NCBI GenBank assembly: GCA_965113315.1
Contig: OZ220364.1
Reading direction: 5' to 3' (one strand)
Source of the DNA: Podarcis vaucheri
Taxonomy: Eukaryota
Length of the DNA: 64,000 bases
The notes under the pieces are model-generated. The model saw only the letters and a list, made by a program, of their open reading frames with translations, did not search any database and was not told where the DNA came from. Of the stretch, positions 51,401 through 62,600 are shown piece by piece. The position numbers and the translations under genes are program-made. Each line of letters opens with the position of its first letter. Within the stretch, counting starts at the first letter, position 1.

Positions 51401-52410
51401 GGGCCACAAATGATGGGATGTGGAATTTCTCCAAGTAGCTGCAAATAGAAGGGAGGAGACCACAATCAGTCTGTGAACTGGGCATTGGGCACACCTAGAC
51501 GGTACTCTATGGAGAGTTTTAACAACTTTTGCAAAATGAACAGTAATTGCTGTGTAAATTGCAAGATATTTTTAAACTCTTTATAAATTGATATGTACCC
51601 ACCCACTGGAGTGGGATGACGTTTTAAATTTCTGTCACATCCTGGAGGTTAAAAGAAATGAGTTTGCTTGTATAATGGAGAACACATTCTTGTTTTCAAA
51701 AAGATTATTGAGACACTTGTTGGTTGAAATGCTGTAGTCCCCCCCCCCAAAAAATGATAAGGGATCTTTCACTTGTATCAGAGACTTGATTATATCTACT
51801 AGTGAAAAGGAACGAAAGTGTCCTGATTTCTTGTAACTTTTGTATTTGATTTTCTTCAGATTCTGTAGTTTAAAGCATACCAAAAATAAATAAATTAGTG
51901 CAGTAGTCAAGGCCTTAAAATTATTTTTATGTGATGGCCCCACTCAACAACAGAAACTTGCTTACCCAGCTATATATTGTAGACTGCTCAGTTCCTTAAA
52001 GTGTGTGGTGTTTAATGCTGGGTGTCAGGTGGTTCTGATTTGTTTTTCAGGGGGAGAATCCCTTCACAGATGATCCTGAAGAGAAAGAGGAACATGAGGA
52101 AGGTGAGGCAGGAACAAGTGGAAACATGGAGGAGGGAGCAGCTGAAGGTGAAGAAAACAAGGTTGAAGAAGAAACCAAAGGTGGAGACAATCTGGCTGAG
52201 GAAGACGTAGTTGAAGAAGGTACTGCAGAAAACAAAGGAAATGATGATGAAGAACCACCACCAGGACAAATGGAAGAGCAGAATTTGAACACATCCCAGG
52301 AATCATTTGCTGCTGAGCAGGAGCAAGAATATGATGAAGAAGAAGACAAAGAAAAAGAAGAAAGAAAAGGATTCATACCTTCAGAGGATATGGAACCACC
52401 TGATGAGTGA
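32631..52410 (+). CDS. AKAP8L: AKAP8L (A-kinase anchor protein 8-like, HA95), complete 13-exon CDS, 634 aa
   Basis: Exons total 1905 nt and stay in frame. N-terminus [20 protein letters not shown]; AKAP95-type zinc fingers [23 protein letters not shown] and [24 protein letters not shown]; [36 protein letters not shown] matches recalled AKAP8L. Confidence 0.97.
35498..35818. mobile_element. Tigger-like MITE, same family as 7150-8702, opposite orientation, short internal TTAGCGG repeats
   Basis: TA flanks; TIR CAGTGGTGCC(T/C)CGCAAGACGAA; its right ~120 bp is the reverse complement of 7150-7270. Confidence 0.92.
36930..36962 (+). CDS. AKAP8L: AKAP8L 33-nt exon ([11 protein letters not shown]) with GC donor
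   Basis: tttctAG acceptor; G|GCAAGT donor; matches human [12 protein letters not shown]. Confidence 0.9.
38442..38679 (+). CDS. AKAP8L: AKAP8L exon ([15 protein letters not shown]...GSGGDR)
   Basis: catttcAG acceptor, AG|GTGAGT donor; missed by the ORF track. Confidence 0.93.
38918..39135. mobile_element. Tigger/mariner-like MITE (CAGGTTAAGAA subterminal repeats)
   Basis: TA|AAGTGGTACCTCGGGTTA ... TAACCTGAGGTACCACTG|TA. Confidence 0.85.
41506..41965 (+). CDS. AKAP8L: AKAP8L exon ([10 protein letters not shown]...WKMWDADFK)
   Basis: ttgcAG acceptor, AAA|GTAAGT donor. Confidence 0.95.
42425..42542 (+). CDS. AKAP8L: AKAP8L exon ([15 protein letters not shown]...SDSDN; basic NLS-like)
   Basis: ttcatAG acceptor, G|GTAAGA donor. 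Confidence 0.9.
42625..43150 (-). mobile_element. Degenerate L1-type LINE fragment (ORF2 C-terminal cysteine-rich region); boundaries approximate
   Basis: Minus-strand peptide [17 protein letters not shown] resembles the L1 ORF2 CCHC motif GTLLHCWWDCKLVQPLW. Confidence 0.7.
43235..43328. mobile_element. Short (~90 bp) palindromic MITE; related copies near 34610-34688, 37420-37600 and 55640-55910
   Basis: Terminal inverted match TGCAACCCTATA / TATAGGGTTGCA and a shared core cattgaactca. Confidence 0.6.
43377..43420 (+). CDS. AKAP8L: AKAP8L exon ([15 protein letters not shown])
   Basis: ttttcAG acceptor, AAT|GTGAGT donor. Confidence 0.88.
44288..44408. mobile_element. Old palindromic MITE (probably hAT-type); fragments also near 48527 and 48975-49070
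   Basis: ccctccagata..ggactacaacttacatcatctctgaccattagccatgggccctggggctgatgggatt; imperfect hairpin. Confidence 0.6.
44821..44875 (+). CDS. AKAP8L: AKAP8L exon ([18 protein letters not shown])
   Basis: cattttAG acceptor, G|GTAAGT donor. Confidence 0.88.
44952..45174 (+). mobile_element. 5'-truncated retrotransposon 3' end (L1-like) with 18-bp TSD
   Basis: TSD AAGATGTGTGGAATATTG at 44934-44951 and 45175-45192; T-rich body; AATAAA at 45158 followed by a short A run. Confidence 0.8.
45972..46169. mobile_element. Tigger-like MITE (~200 bp, NRF1/ETS-motif family)
   Basis: TA|CAGTCATACCTTGAGTT ... AACCCGAGCGTCCACTG|TA; approximately the reverse complement of 55654-55860. Confidence 0.88.
46980..47088 (+). 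CDS. AKAP8L: AKAP8L exon (GAMTIQEE...RDRMVER)
   Basis: catgtAG acceptor, AG|GTAAGT donor. Confidence 0.93.
47519..47660 (+). CDS. AKAP8L: AKAP8L exon, zinc finger 1 ([11 protein letters not shown]...ADFLQ)
   Basis: ttaacAG acceptor, CAG|GTCGGC donor. Confidence 0.94.
48046..48151 (+). CDS. AKAP8L: AKAP8L exon (EYVANKTKK...DQDLTQ)
   Basis: atgcAG acceptor, G|GTAGGT donor. Confidence 0.93.
49119..49249 (+). CDS. AKAP8L: AKAP8L exon, zinc finger 2 ([19 protein letters not shown]...HNRR)
   Basis: tttctcAG acceptor, AGA|GTAAGT donor. Confidence 0.95.
50247..50342 (+). CDS. AKAP8L: AKAP8L exon (AMMEQSKK...ERYLK)
   Basis: cttctAG acceptor, AAG|GTAAAA donor. Confidence 0.94.
50384..50590. mobile_element. 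Old palindromic MITE-like repeat; related copies near 34125-34285, 48660-48780, 54780-54930 and 60835-60965
   Basis: Shared core ctgaaatctgctccagag...tttgagggtg; imperfect terminal match ggcagaatccaa / ttggatacaact. Confidence 0.5.
50870..51067. mobile_element. Tigger-like MITE (NRF1/ETS-motif family)
   Basis: TA|CAGTGGTACCTCTAGTTAC ... GTAACAAGAGGTACAACTG|TA. Confidence 0.88.
52051..52410 (+). CDS. AKAP8L: AKAP8L last coding exon, acidic tail ([11 protein letters not shown]...PPDE*)
   Basis: tttttcAG acceptor; TGA at 52408-52410; candidate ATTAAA poly(A) signals at 52447 and about 53235. Confidence 0.94.
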   Translation, partial: GENPFTDDPEEKEEHEEGEAGTSGNMEEGAAEGEENKVEEETKGGDNLAEEDVVEEGTAENKGNDDEEPPPGQMEEQNLNTSQESFAAEQEQEYDEEEDKEKEERKGFIPSEDMEPPDE

Positions 52411-53317
52411 ACTTGCACAGAAGGTTGAAGCATTTTGAGACTCTGCATTAAAACTTTTTAAACCATAACTGTATTTGTGACACTACATGGCACGCAGCTT
52501 TGTTTCTCATTGACTACATTTTCACCTAGTTACAGCACTTGAAAGCCTTTATCTGTAAAGTGTTTTTGGAAATAGCTTTTTTTAACCAAATCTTCATTGT
52601 ATTAGCTAGATTTTGTGCAGTACAATTTTTAGGTGGCTTTATACTAGGAAAATACCCCCCTTCCTTTTTGAGTAAATAACTCAAAATCAAATTGTGTTAA
52701 TTGGCTTCCAACTTTGGGGGGAGGTAATTGTCCTCTAATTTTCTCCCCCCTCCCCCTTTAACTTTGTATATAGTTGAAGATGTTTTTGTTCCCTAGCCAG
52801 CCGTGTCTGGATATGTCAATAGCAGAATTCTGGGTTTTAAATTCTGCACGATCGGAGTAACTTCCATGCAACTGTAGCATTCTTCTACTCTACCTTTTTA
52901 CTTTTAATATGCAGAAGTAATACTTGGGGGTCAGCACAATAGTTTTTCCAGTGCTTTTATTTAAGGATGAATTCTTCCAGTGGATTGAGATAATATTAGG
53001 ATTACCTGTACATGTGGGTTTTTGGAAGAAGCAGCCACATGAAGGGTGTGCAGGAAGCCTCAAAAAGGGATAAATGCATCCCAGCGCATTGGTAAAAGGC
53101 AATTCAGCATTGCTCCTTTTGAGTTTTGTCCTGATGTTGTTTAGGGGACATCATTTATGCTGCTTGCCTTAGACTGCTATTCTGTAAATGAAGGCTATGG
53201 TAGCCCATATGAAAGATGAAGAGTGTTACAGAAACATTAAATATTCCCTTCAATGCAGTTCTTTGGCAGTTGTCTCATTCTAAATCATCCTGCAATCTCA
53301 GCAATGTACTACTGCTT

Positions 53318-53350
53318 GTGTGTGTGTGTGTGTGTGTGGATACGTGTGTG
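53318..53350. repeat. (GT)n microsatellite
   Basis: gtgtgtgtgtgtgtgtgtgtggatacgtgtgtg. Confidence 0.9.
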
Positions 53351-54088
53351 CTTTTTTACTACAACCCAAGGTTTATTTTGGTTACACTCTGCCCCATGAA
53401 GCAATAGTGCTACAACTACTACTGCTCTTGTTCATCCTTCATTTATTATCGTGTGTTTCTCTTCAAGTACATGTGTGCTTCCTACAGTGAAAATCAAGTA
53501 GTGGACTGGACAAGGTTTTTTGATCCTTTGTTTCTGCTTTCCTGCTACATCAAAGGAAAAGGGTGAGTGAAGTAATTGTTGCACCACAGGATGCAGGCCT
53601 TGCTGCCATACACCACTCCTGCTACCTTAAGCCTTTGAAACACCTAGCATCTGGAGCTATATGGAAATAGATATTGCGAGTAAATTGCAAAAGTCATTAC
53701 ATTTAATCAACAGAAATAGAAATGTTGAAGGAGGCTTCAGAGTACAGTTTTTCTTTAGGAATGTGTAATGACTCAAGTGTTTAGAACAGTATGCTATGTT
53801 TTGTACCTTATCAAGTCTTAGATGTTCCTGATAATGAATTAAATGAACATTGGGTGTACAGTACTGAAATTATAGAACTAAACTCTTTTCTACATATCTG
53901 AGCTGGCATCTTGAAATGAAGTGTGTGCTCTGTAAGTGAAGAAAATTTCTGCAACAGCTGTTAGCGAAGGATAGTAAGTTTTAGAAGTATTATGGCAGTC
54001 ACTGATTGTGGTATAGGTTTCTAATCTTTAAGTAGTCATTGCTGCCTTCTTCAAGCCATTTTAGGTATTTGCCTAAATGATAATAGTA

Positions 54089-54317
54089 CAGTGGAACCTC
54101 GGGTTGTGGACGTAATCTGTGATGGAGGGACGTCCACAACCAGCAGCGTTCGCATCCTGAAGCGCCACGTCTGCACAGGCACCGGCACAATTTGGTGCTT
54201 CTGCGCATGCGCGAGCGGCAAAACCCAGAAGTAACCCATTCTGGTACTTCCGGGTATCCCACGGTCTGCAACCCGAAAACATGTAACCTGAAGCATCCAT
54301 AACATGAGGTATGACTG
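54089..54317. mobile_element. Tigger-like MITE (NRF1/ETS-motif family)
   Basis: TA|CAGTGGAACCTCGGGTT ... AACATGAGGTATGACTG|TA. Confidence 0.88.
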
Positions 54318-55653
54318 TACATGTTAGTAGTAAAAGTGTGAGTTGCACAAAAATGTTAACTGTAGTTAGGGACAGCGTGTCCTGTTCTGCTGCTTGAGGC
54401 AAAACTGGGAGTCCTGCCCTGCCACCCCACCGCCTTTACCACTGGCACTAAAAAGGTATCAACTTTTCCACCCCCACAGGGGCTTCTTCCACCTAAGGTG
54501 GCGGCATCACCCCGCCTCATGGGTGGGCTGCGCCAGACTGTGGTACCAACTTACTTGTAGCCATCTTTTTATCAGCTGGTTAAATCCAAAAGGAGTGGTA
54601 TTCATTTTAAAGCTTATATATACTTCTAAAAACCTCAGTAGCCTCGTATGCATTCCATCTTCATTATTGCACTAACAGCCCACACATAAACATGCTTACT
54701 TGCTTGTTTGGAAAGGGGTGGAATTCACTGTAGTGCTAAGTGGGATATGCATGCACAGAATGAGGTCTGCTCACACAAAAAGTCTCTTCCCTACACACAC
54801 CTCCCCTAAACCTGTTCTTTGGTTCCTCCCAAGCTTCCAGAGCAGATTTGCGGGGAATGTGGCAGGTGAATGTCCTGTTGAACCAGTAGACCTCAACTGT
54901 GCATGCAACAACTTAGTGGAATCCTGCTGTAAGTCTCTGTAAGTGCAGTGGGACCTATTTTGGGATAGATGTTTAGAGTTGCAGGCTCAGCATGAAGTCC
55001 CCATGTTTGTCTCACAACTCTAAAGCAGGGGTGGGGGCATATCGGGAGAAAACTGACAGGCATGAGGTCTAGATGGCTTAGGGTCAAATTAGGTATGATG
55101 TTGAACATGTCTATTCTTCACACACTCGCTCCCTGCAAAGCAAGTTGCAGCTTTAGGTGAAACGACACAGAAGGAAAGGTTAAACAGAGCAAATCTCAAA
55201 TTTAGCAGTTAATCAGTAAAAACAAGAATAAAAGGGGATCCGGATCCTAAAACTTCTATGCCATGTGTGACCCTTAATGGGAGGCTTTTATGGATTAACT
55301 TAATTCAAAGCCTGTTAAACTGGAGTCTGAGGGGCATCTCTAGAGGTTCCACTGTTATTAAGATTCTGTGGGGATAGCTGGGCTATCAACTGCTATCGTA
55401 GAAGGGTAGTAGAGGAAGTGGTGGTGGCAGCAATTATCCTGGTGCTAAGTGCTTCATCTAGAGGAGGCTTTGTTGGGATTGAAGATCTGAGGAAGAGCCT
55501 TAGATTGTAAAATTATTAAAGGTTATCTGAATCCCTTATTAAACTTCATTCATTCATCCATCACACTCCCATTACTGCTAGTTACTAGTGAAAAGGAGGA
55601 TAGATTGGTCCTTTTTGGAAATGTAAGGCGGCAGCTAACGCTCCAATCCTATA

Positions 55654-55860
55654 CAGTGGGCGCTTGGGTTGCGAACGTGATCCATGCAGGATGCACGTTT
55701 GTAACCCGCAGTGGCGCGTCTGCACATGCGCGGGTTGCAATTCGCCACGCATGCGCAATTGCCGAAACCCGGAAGTAATTTGTTCCAGTACTTCTGGGTT
55801 TCGGCGGTCCACAACCCGAAAAAACGCCACCTGAAGCGTCTGTAACCCTAGGTATGACTG
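55654..55860. mobile_element. Tigger-like MITE (NRF1/ETS-motif family) inserted into an older short MITE
   Basis: TA|CAGTGGGCGCTTGGGTT ... AACCCTAGGTATGACTG|TA; the flanks rejoin as gctccaatcctatacacacttgtccaagtaagtcctattgaact. Confidence 0.88.
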
Positions 55861-57729
55861 TACACACTTGTCCAAGTAAGTCCTATTGAACTTTGGTATC
55901 TACTCAGAAGTTAGCTCCACTATCAGATTTTACCGTAAATTCTAGGCGAAGCTAGACAGTGAATTAAGGACAATGCCATAACATTGTATCTCTTTAGGGG
56001 GATGAATACCATTTCTTCACCTATACCATACTCCTGGTTCTTCTCAGAAAACATGGAAAACATTTAAGAATTTCACAGCAGGGAAAATTCCACCATGTAT
56101 AGCTTCTTCCACTGCAACAGAGGTGGAAAACTACCTGGTGAAATTACCCCATCTATGCAATTCTTAAAAGCCTTTTAGTCTGGGCCTGGCACCCGTTTCT
56201 CTTTAGTATTGTTCATGATATATGTACGTCTCTGTTTCTTTCTCTTCAAATATGTACCAAATAGCCTCCTGCTTGAATGTTATTGACTGTGTTGCTGTAC
56301 CAAATGTCAATATTGTACATCGGTTTTAGAATTCGTTATCCTTTGTCATGAATTACAGTGTTCTGTCTATATAAAACTAAACTAAATCAAGTTGTGATTG
56401 CCCGACAGTGATTTAAAAAAATAGCCAGAGCATTTGTTTTAATTGCAGCTTTGCCATGTGTGTGGAATTTTGTAAAGCTGCTGCTGAATCTGGAAAGCAG
56501 TGATTACTTTCACTGAAATGTGTACTTGGTAAACTGCAGGAAAAGCTAGACTCCATTTCTATATCTACTCGACTGTATATATAACTACTTTGTAAGTCCT
56601 GTAGTGTTTCCCTGTATCATAGATTTTGTTATTTTCATAGAATTTAGTTCTCGTCTAGAGATCAACTTGTGTCTGAAGTGCCAGGCTCATTTTGGAGCAA
56701 TTGGCTTGTGCATGCTCACAGCTAAATTTCTAGGTCTTCGTTCATTTTAACTTAAATTTCTTCAGCTGCTTTTCCAAAGGAGATGAGCAAGGTCCATAGC
56801 AGCTGTCTAACCTACTTACATATACAGCCTCCACTACTGCCTAGTGTAGTTTCTATCAATTTTGTTTGCTATAGCGAACAAATCACACAATATTTTTTGT
56901 ACAAAAGAGCATACCTAGCCATCATGGATTGTATTGTACAAACATGGGGGCAAAGGTTAAGAGTCATGTTCCTTGCTTCGGTCACTTTTGCCTCTGGCCC
57001 CACCTGCTCCTAGAATGTGGCCCACTGTCTGAAAAAGGCTCACCATGCCTGATTTACAGGGAGAAGTGGGGAGCTCCAAAACTGGACATCATAACTGAAC
57101 AATGTACTTATCTCTTCTTTATTTCTGCTGTTGCAAATAACAAATAAATGGTTGCTCATTTGTTCCCTCATCATGCTTATCACTGAGGATGAATGTACTG
57201 ATTTGCACAAAGTACACTGGACTGTGGGTGGAAAAACCCAGGATTAAATATTGAACCACTATGATTATCAAGGATATCACAAACTTTGATGCTTTTTCTC
57301 TGTATAGTTGGGGAAATTGTGCTTCTTCAACCAGTTGGTTTTCACTATAGCTATGCTGTGCTATCACAGATCTGCATTGTACCAAATTCTGTAAGTACTG
57401 GTGCTGTTACCAATGAGTTAAACTGTTAGGATTGCATCCCATGTTACTGATGCTCTGTGCAGTCCCACTGAAATTAATGGGCAAGACTAATTTAGGGCCA
57501 TAAATTACTGGGGATCTACTCTGTGTAGAACCTGGATATAACACAAATACTCCAGCTCAGGCTCGCCATCAGGTCATTAAGTGGTTGTGGAAAGGTTTAG
57601 CAGTCAAGGCCCATACTGTTTAGTGAGTGTGTCTCAAGATTAGGAAATAGAGCAACAGCAGGTTTACAATCTTTGTGCCTGTAACAGCTGCATTATGGAT
57701 AGTTTCTCTGTTGGAAATGAAAGAATGGC

Positions 57730-57870
57730 TGTGCTAGAGCACATGTTTTGCATGCAGAAGACCTCAGGATAAACACCTGCCCTTTCCAAGTAGTGCTGAG
57801 GAAGGATTCCTGTCTGAAATCCTGAAGATCTGCAGTCACTGTAGATGATACTGGACAGGACATATAACGT
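57730..57870 (+). mobile_element. Degenerate tRNA-derived SINE
   Basis: tagagcacatgttttgcatgcagaagacctcagg head and cctgtctgaaatcctg...gtagatgatactgga body. Confidence 0.45.
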
Positions 57871-58649
57871 ATCTTCCTCTGTTCCCAAAACAGGAAAGAA
57901 GGTTGAGAGGGGGGTCTCTGCATCCTTGTAAAACAATTCAGCAATGTACAGCTATTTTAAAAAATAAAAGTTCCATGCAGACCTCTCTTCCCATTCTGTC
58001 AGAAATGGGTAGGCCAGGAGTACTGGAACTGTAATAGAAATTAATAGAATTCCAAATAATTATATTATATCTGAGGCTCCCTTCCACTGCAGTGCTTTGA
58101 AATAGTTATGCCCTTTACCCACAGAAACTTGTCGGGAAAAGTGCACCTTAATGATAGAGAATATACTATTATTAAAATACTATAAAACATGTACAGTATT
58201 TATACTTCCGTATGGATGGTGACCTATAGAAGCCTATGCTGTATTACATTAATTCGTATTTAAGGTGCCACAAGACTGTTTCGCCAGTTTAGAAAAACAT
58301 GCCTACGCATCTGGAAAATAACATCTAGAAATTCAGCAGGTGCCTACCTAATTCCACGACAGCGAAAGGCTGTAGGAGTTAAATTACAAACCAGTCTTTT
58401 AACAAGGAGTATTGTCCTAATTTAAAGAGACAGCATTTTTAAAGCACGATACCAAACTAGATTTTGGATTTTGCAACAAAAAATCATTGCGAAAGGGACA
58501 GGAGTGTAACATCTATATCATTTTTCATCTGCAACATGCATTGAAAAGCGCAGGTCTTTGCTAGGGTGGTGGGGAAATAAGTCACCCTCTTGCAGCTGCT
58601 TTCTTTTTTGTGTGTGAGCGAAGAGTTATTTCACAGCACTGCAACAAAT

Positions 58650-59600
58650 GAGATCATCTCCCCGCGGCCACTTCATATAGGTTCATAATACACCGCGTTG
58701 TTTCCTTCCACCGTTGCCTCTCACCAATTTAAGCAGGAACCGGAAAATTCTCTTAAACGAGCCATCTCGGTCGCTTTAAGAAGCCAGGCCAATGGGAAGG
58801 GATTTCACGCGGCGAGGCGGGAGTAGGAGCTGCTCACGGGAAACACGAATGGGCAGGACTTTGAGATCGCAACCAATAGAAACTCAGAAGTCCGCAAGAG
58901 GAGCCAATCCGCGGTGGGCTCCAACGCTCGCGCAGTGAGGGTATAGGTTACTCTGCGTGGTCGCAGGTTGACGGAGAGGGAAGCCATGGATCAGGGCTAT
59001 GGTGAGAGCTGGCGCTGCACGGGCGGGGGAAGGGAGCGGGAAACCCGGCAAACGCGGGCTAGGCTTCGCTCGGGATAGGGCTGTTTACCTCACCGCGGTG
59101 GCTTTTCGCACCGACTAGGCCTGGTGGCTCTCAGCCGCCTCCGCGAGACACGGGCGGCGTTGATTGGCCATCGGCGCTGCCCCTCTCGGAGATTGGCCTG
59201 GCGAATGGAGCGCCTCTTTCTAATCTCCGCGGTCTGCGAGGAAGGCGGGACTAGGCCCTTTTTCCGAAGACGACACAAAATGGCGTCGAGGCGACCCCTT
59301 TCCTCTGCGCCAGCGCCCGGTTCCTGCACCCCATTCTTTGCGCGGGGTGCCGCCTCTTCCCCTCCTCCCCCGGGGGTGGGGGTTTAACTTTTGTAGCCGG
59401 CCTGCCCCCTCCTACACCCGCAGCTTCCTGGGCTTAGCGCTTGGTCCATATAGAGAAGTCGTTTCCACATCTCTATTAAGAGTTGCCAACAGCTTCCCCC
59501 TCCCTGGCAGGACTCCTGTGTCTTTAACGCCTCTGCCATCCCTGTAGGTAGCAAGTGAATCCTTTTTCCTGCTATGCAATCGACGCCTGGGGAGGCGTCC
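58650..59600 (+). promoter_or_regulatory. CpG island promoter of AKAP8 with tandem CCAAT boxes
   Basis: CpG-rich; CCAAT at 58789, 58873 and 58904; CCGGAA at about 58740; Kozak gccATGG at 58986. Confidence 0.85.
58986..59001 (+). CDS. AKAP8: AKAP8 exon 1 coding part (MDQGY G)
   Basis: ATGGATCAGGGCTATG|GTGAGA. Confidence 0.92.
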
Positions 59601-62600
59601 GCCTGTTAAAAAGCCTGTGCAACTGTAGCACTCCCTGTCAATAGGCTTATCTTCCATGAACTTATCTCGTCGTTGTTTTTAAGCCATCCAAGTTTGCAGC
59701 CGTCTTTTCTTTCCCGTGGAAGTGCCTTCCATAGTTTTAACTAAGTGAAGAAGTACTTTTTGTCTGTCCTGAATCTTGCAACATTCAGCTTCATTGGATG
59801 TCCATGAGTTCTAGAGTTATGAAAGAGGGAGAAAAGCTTTTCTCTATCCCCTTTCTCCATGCCATTCGTAATTTTATAAGCTTGTATCATGTCAACTCTT
59901 AATCATCGTTTCCCTAAACTAAAATGTTCCAAATGTTGCAACCTTTCACTCCATCCCTTTAATCATTTTGGTTGCGTTTTCTGAACCTTTTCCAAATCTA
60001 CAATAGCGTTTTTTGAGATGAGGCTACCAGATCTATGCACGGTATTCCAAAGGCAGTCCCACCATAGATTTGTATAAAACAGCATTATGGAGTGGTAGTT
60101 TTACTTTTAGTTCCTTTCCTAATTTTGTTGGATGCAACAGGGTGTGCATACAGTCTGGTATCATCTGCAGAATGTGCAACGGGCAAGGTCTGAAGATTAG
60201 GGGTGGTTTACTGTGAATATGATAATTTTGTCATCTTTAAATGTGAAACAAAACCCCTAGCTTAGCGGTATGTCTGAACTGGGAGCTGTGGTTTGTTTTG
60301 CTCCAAACAAGCCACTGTCTTCACCCACAGTTTGTCCCTGGCTTACTGATCATAGTTTGTTTCCCTTGTGTGCTGGAGAAGGCAGGCAAAATGGATGAGA
60401 TTGGTGCTTTCACAGCAAACCACTAACTACTGTAAATTGGCATGTTTGAGTAGTCACATTTTCACTCAAATTACAGCTGCTGTATGTGAAAGTAGTTAAG
60501 AGAGTCTGGGAGGGGAGGAGTTAATGTGTGTGAGTTAATGAGTCAATATTTCTCTTACAGGTTATAGTTCCTGGGGTACTGAGGCCACCAGTACTCAAGG
60601 TAAGTCATGATCTCCTAAAATAAAAAGTTTAGAAAAGAAATAGAAGATAACCTTAAGAATGTTGAGCATAAGTGTGTTTATAAATAAATATGCTTCTCTT
60701 AAGCATGGGTCACAAATAATATTTTTTTAAAGGTCCTGAGCAGCCTTGAACTTCTACTTTGGGGACAATATATTGAGAGGATTTTATTTTGTATAGGAGA
60801 TGTCCAATAGTTTTAGCTATTTGGGCAACTAATTTCCCCTTTCCTCCCCCTCTGCAGCCCCCATGCACTTCTGAAATCTGCTCCAGAGAGTTAGGTAATT
60901 CTAGAGTAGATTTGAGAGGTGTGAGTAGCTGCAGGTAGAGGAGAGGAAGGGGAAGTCCTCTGGTATGATGGTGGATATTGCCTATATATCTGTACTTAAC
61001 TCTTTAACACATCACTTGTGTTTTATTGTGTTGCTGTCAAAGAATTAATTCATTGAAAATTGTTTTAAATTGCTTGCCTTGTGAAAGAACTTAATCTGTG
61101 TTGTGTTAACATCGCTTTGATTGTCGTGTTTAATGTAAAAGTAAACTTTTGTCTCTTTAAAAGGTGGATATTCAACGAATCCAGCAAGTTGGCAAGGTAT
61201 GTGTTTTATTTGCAGTACTGTCTTAAGTATTTTGCCAATTTTCTCAGAATTAACAAGAATAACTGACTGGAACATTTAGAGGAATTATATAAGTTAGTAT
61301 GTGAATTTGCATCACTCCTCCTAAAGCCGAACTTGGCTCCAGAGTTACAACAACTTTGTAGCAAAAAAGGGCCATTGAGTATCAGCATGCTTAGGGGAAC
61401 CCAGAGGTTTGCAAAAGCACAGACATATTTAAAAAATCAAAACTATCTGGGTGGATCCCTGAAAAGGCCCAGTGAAGGCTGAGCAGGCTTAGTAGTTACA
61501 GAATCTTAAAAGTTGGCGGTGGGGATTGGAGGAAGAGGGAATGGAAGTGGCTGATGAAGGGAGGCTTCAAAACTGGCAGGAATGCAAGAGAGGCTAACTG
61601 AGAGAGAAGGGAAGTTTAGTAGGAATTAGGGAGAATGGAAGCTGAGCATTATATTTATACTTTTCTCCCATTCCCCTTCTTTCCCTTCTACGTCCAGTGG
61701 ATGGAGAGAAAGGGGTGGAGGAAGAGATATATAGATCCAAAAACAGCACAAAGAACCATTTCATTGTAAACTGGGGAATAACCTATCCACACATTGGAAA
61801 ATTATTCTTAATTAGACCCAGGGTTGGAAATGAGAGCCTCTCATAGAAATCATTGGATTTTAATATCCAAGATTTTAATATAGCTGCTAATAGCCAAATG
61901 AAGCAAAGCTGAAGGGAGTATAGGCGGGGAGCTGCAGAAGGGGGATAGTGAGGGGGCCTTGACGTCTTCTGACGAAATCAGAGCTTTAGGCAGTCATGGG
62001 CATGTTTCTGTCCTGATGAGAATATATTCAGGTACCATTTTGCTACAAATAGAGAATTAACCCCTTCAGTCCTGAGCAAACAGCCTCATCAGCCACAAAC
62101 TCAGGTGAAACACACACACAGAAATAATCTGCAAAATTTTGCTGCAGAATTAAGCTTGTAGTATACAAAACAGTGTGTGATATAGGTCATGTAATGTTTT
62201 TAACTTTTATACTGTTCTTCTTCCAAGGAACATGGGGTGGGTTAAATTTGCTTTTATAGAAGAAAATGATAATAACACACCTAAAATCTCCACCTCTTTA
62301 ATTGTGGGCACATGACTAAAGCAGTAACACTTCATTGGTCTTGTGGCAGTGGACAGTGGTGGCCTATTAATGTTGATATCTGACAGTTGTTTTCAAGTGT
62401 GTCTGAGTGTGAGTGTTGGCTGTGGTGATGGTTTCCATAGATAAGATCAACCCTTGAAACTCAGAGCCCCCCTTTTTACTGTACTATTGTCTTTCCTTTT
62501 TTCCAGGCTATGAAGGCTATGATTATTACAGTGCCCAAACCAGCAGCTCTACTACAGCTGCCCCATACAACTATGATGCTGCCGGTGTTGCTGCAACTAC

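Noticed and set aside
52047-52448. 133-aa Ser-rich minus-strand ORF (and other antisense ORFs over exons)
   Set aside because: Mirror of the Glu-rich AKAP8L last exon.
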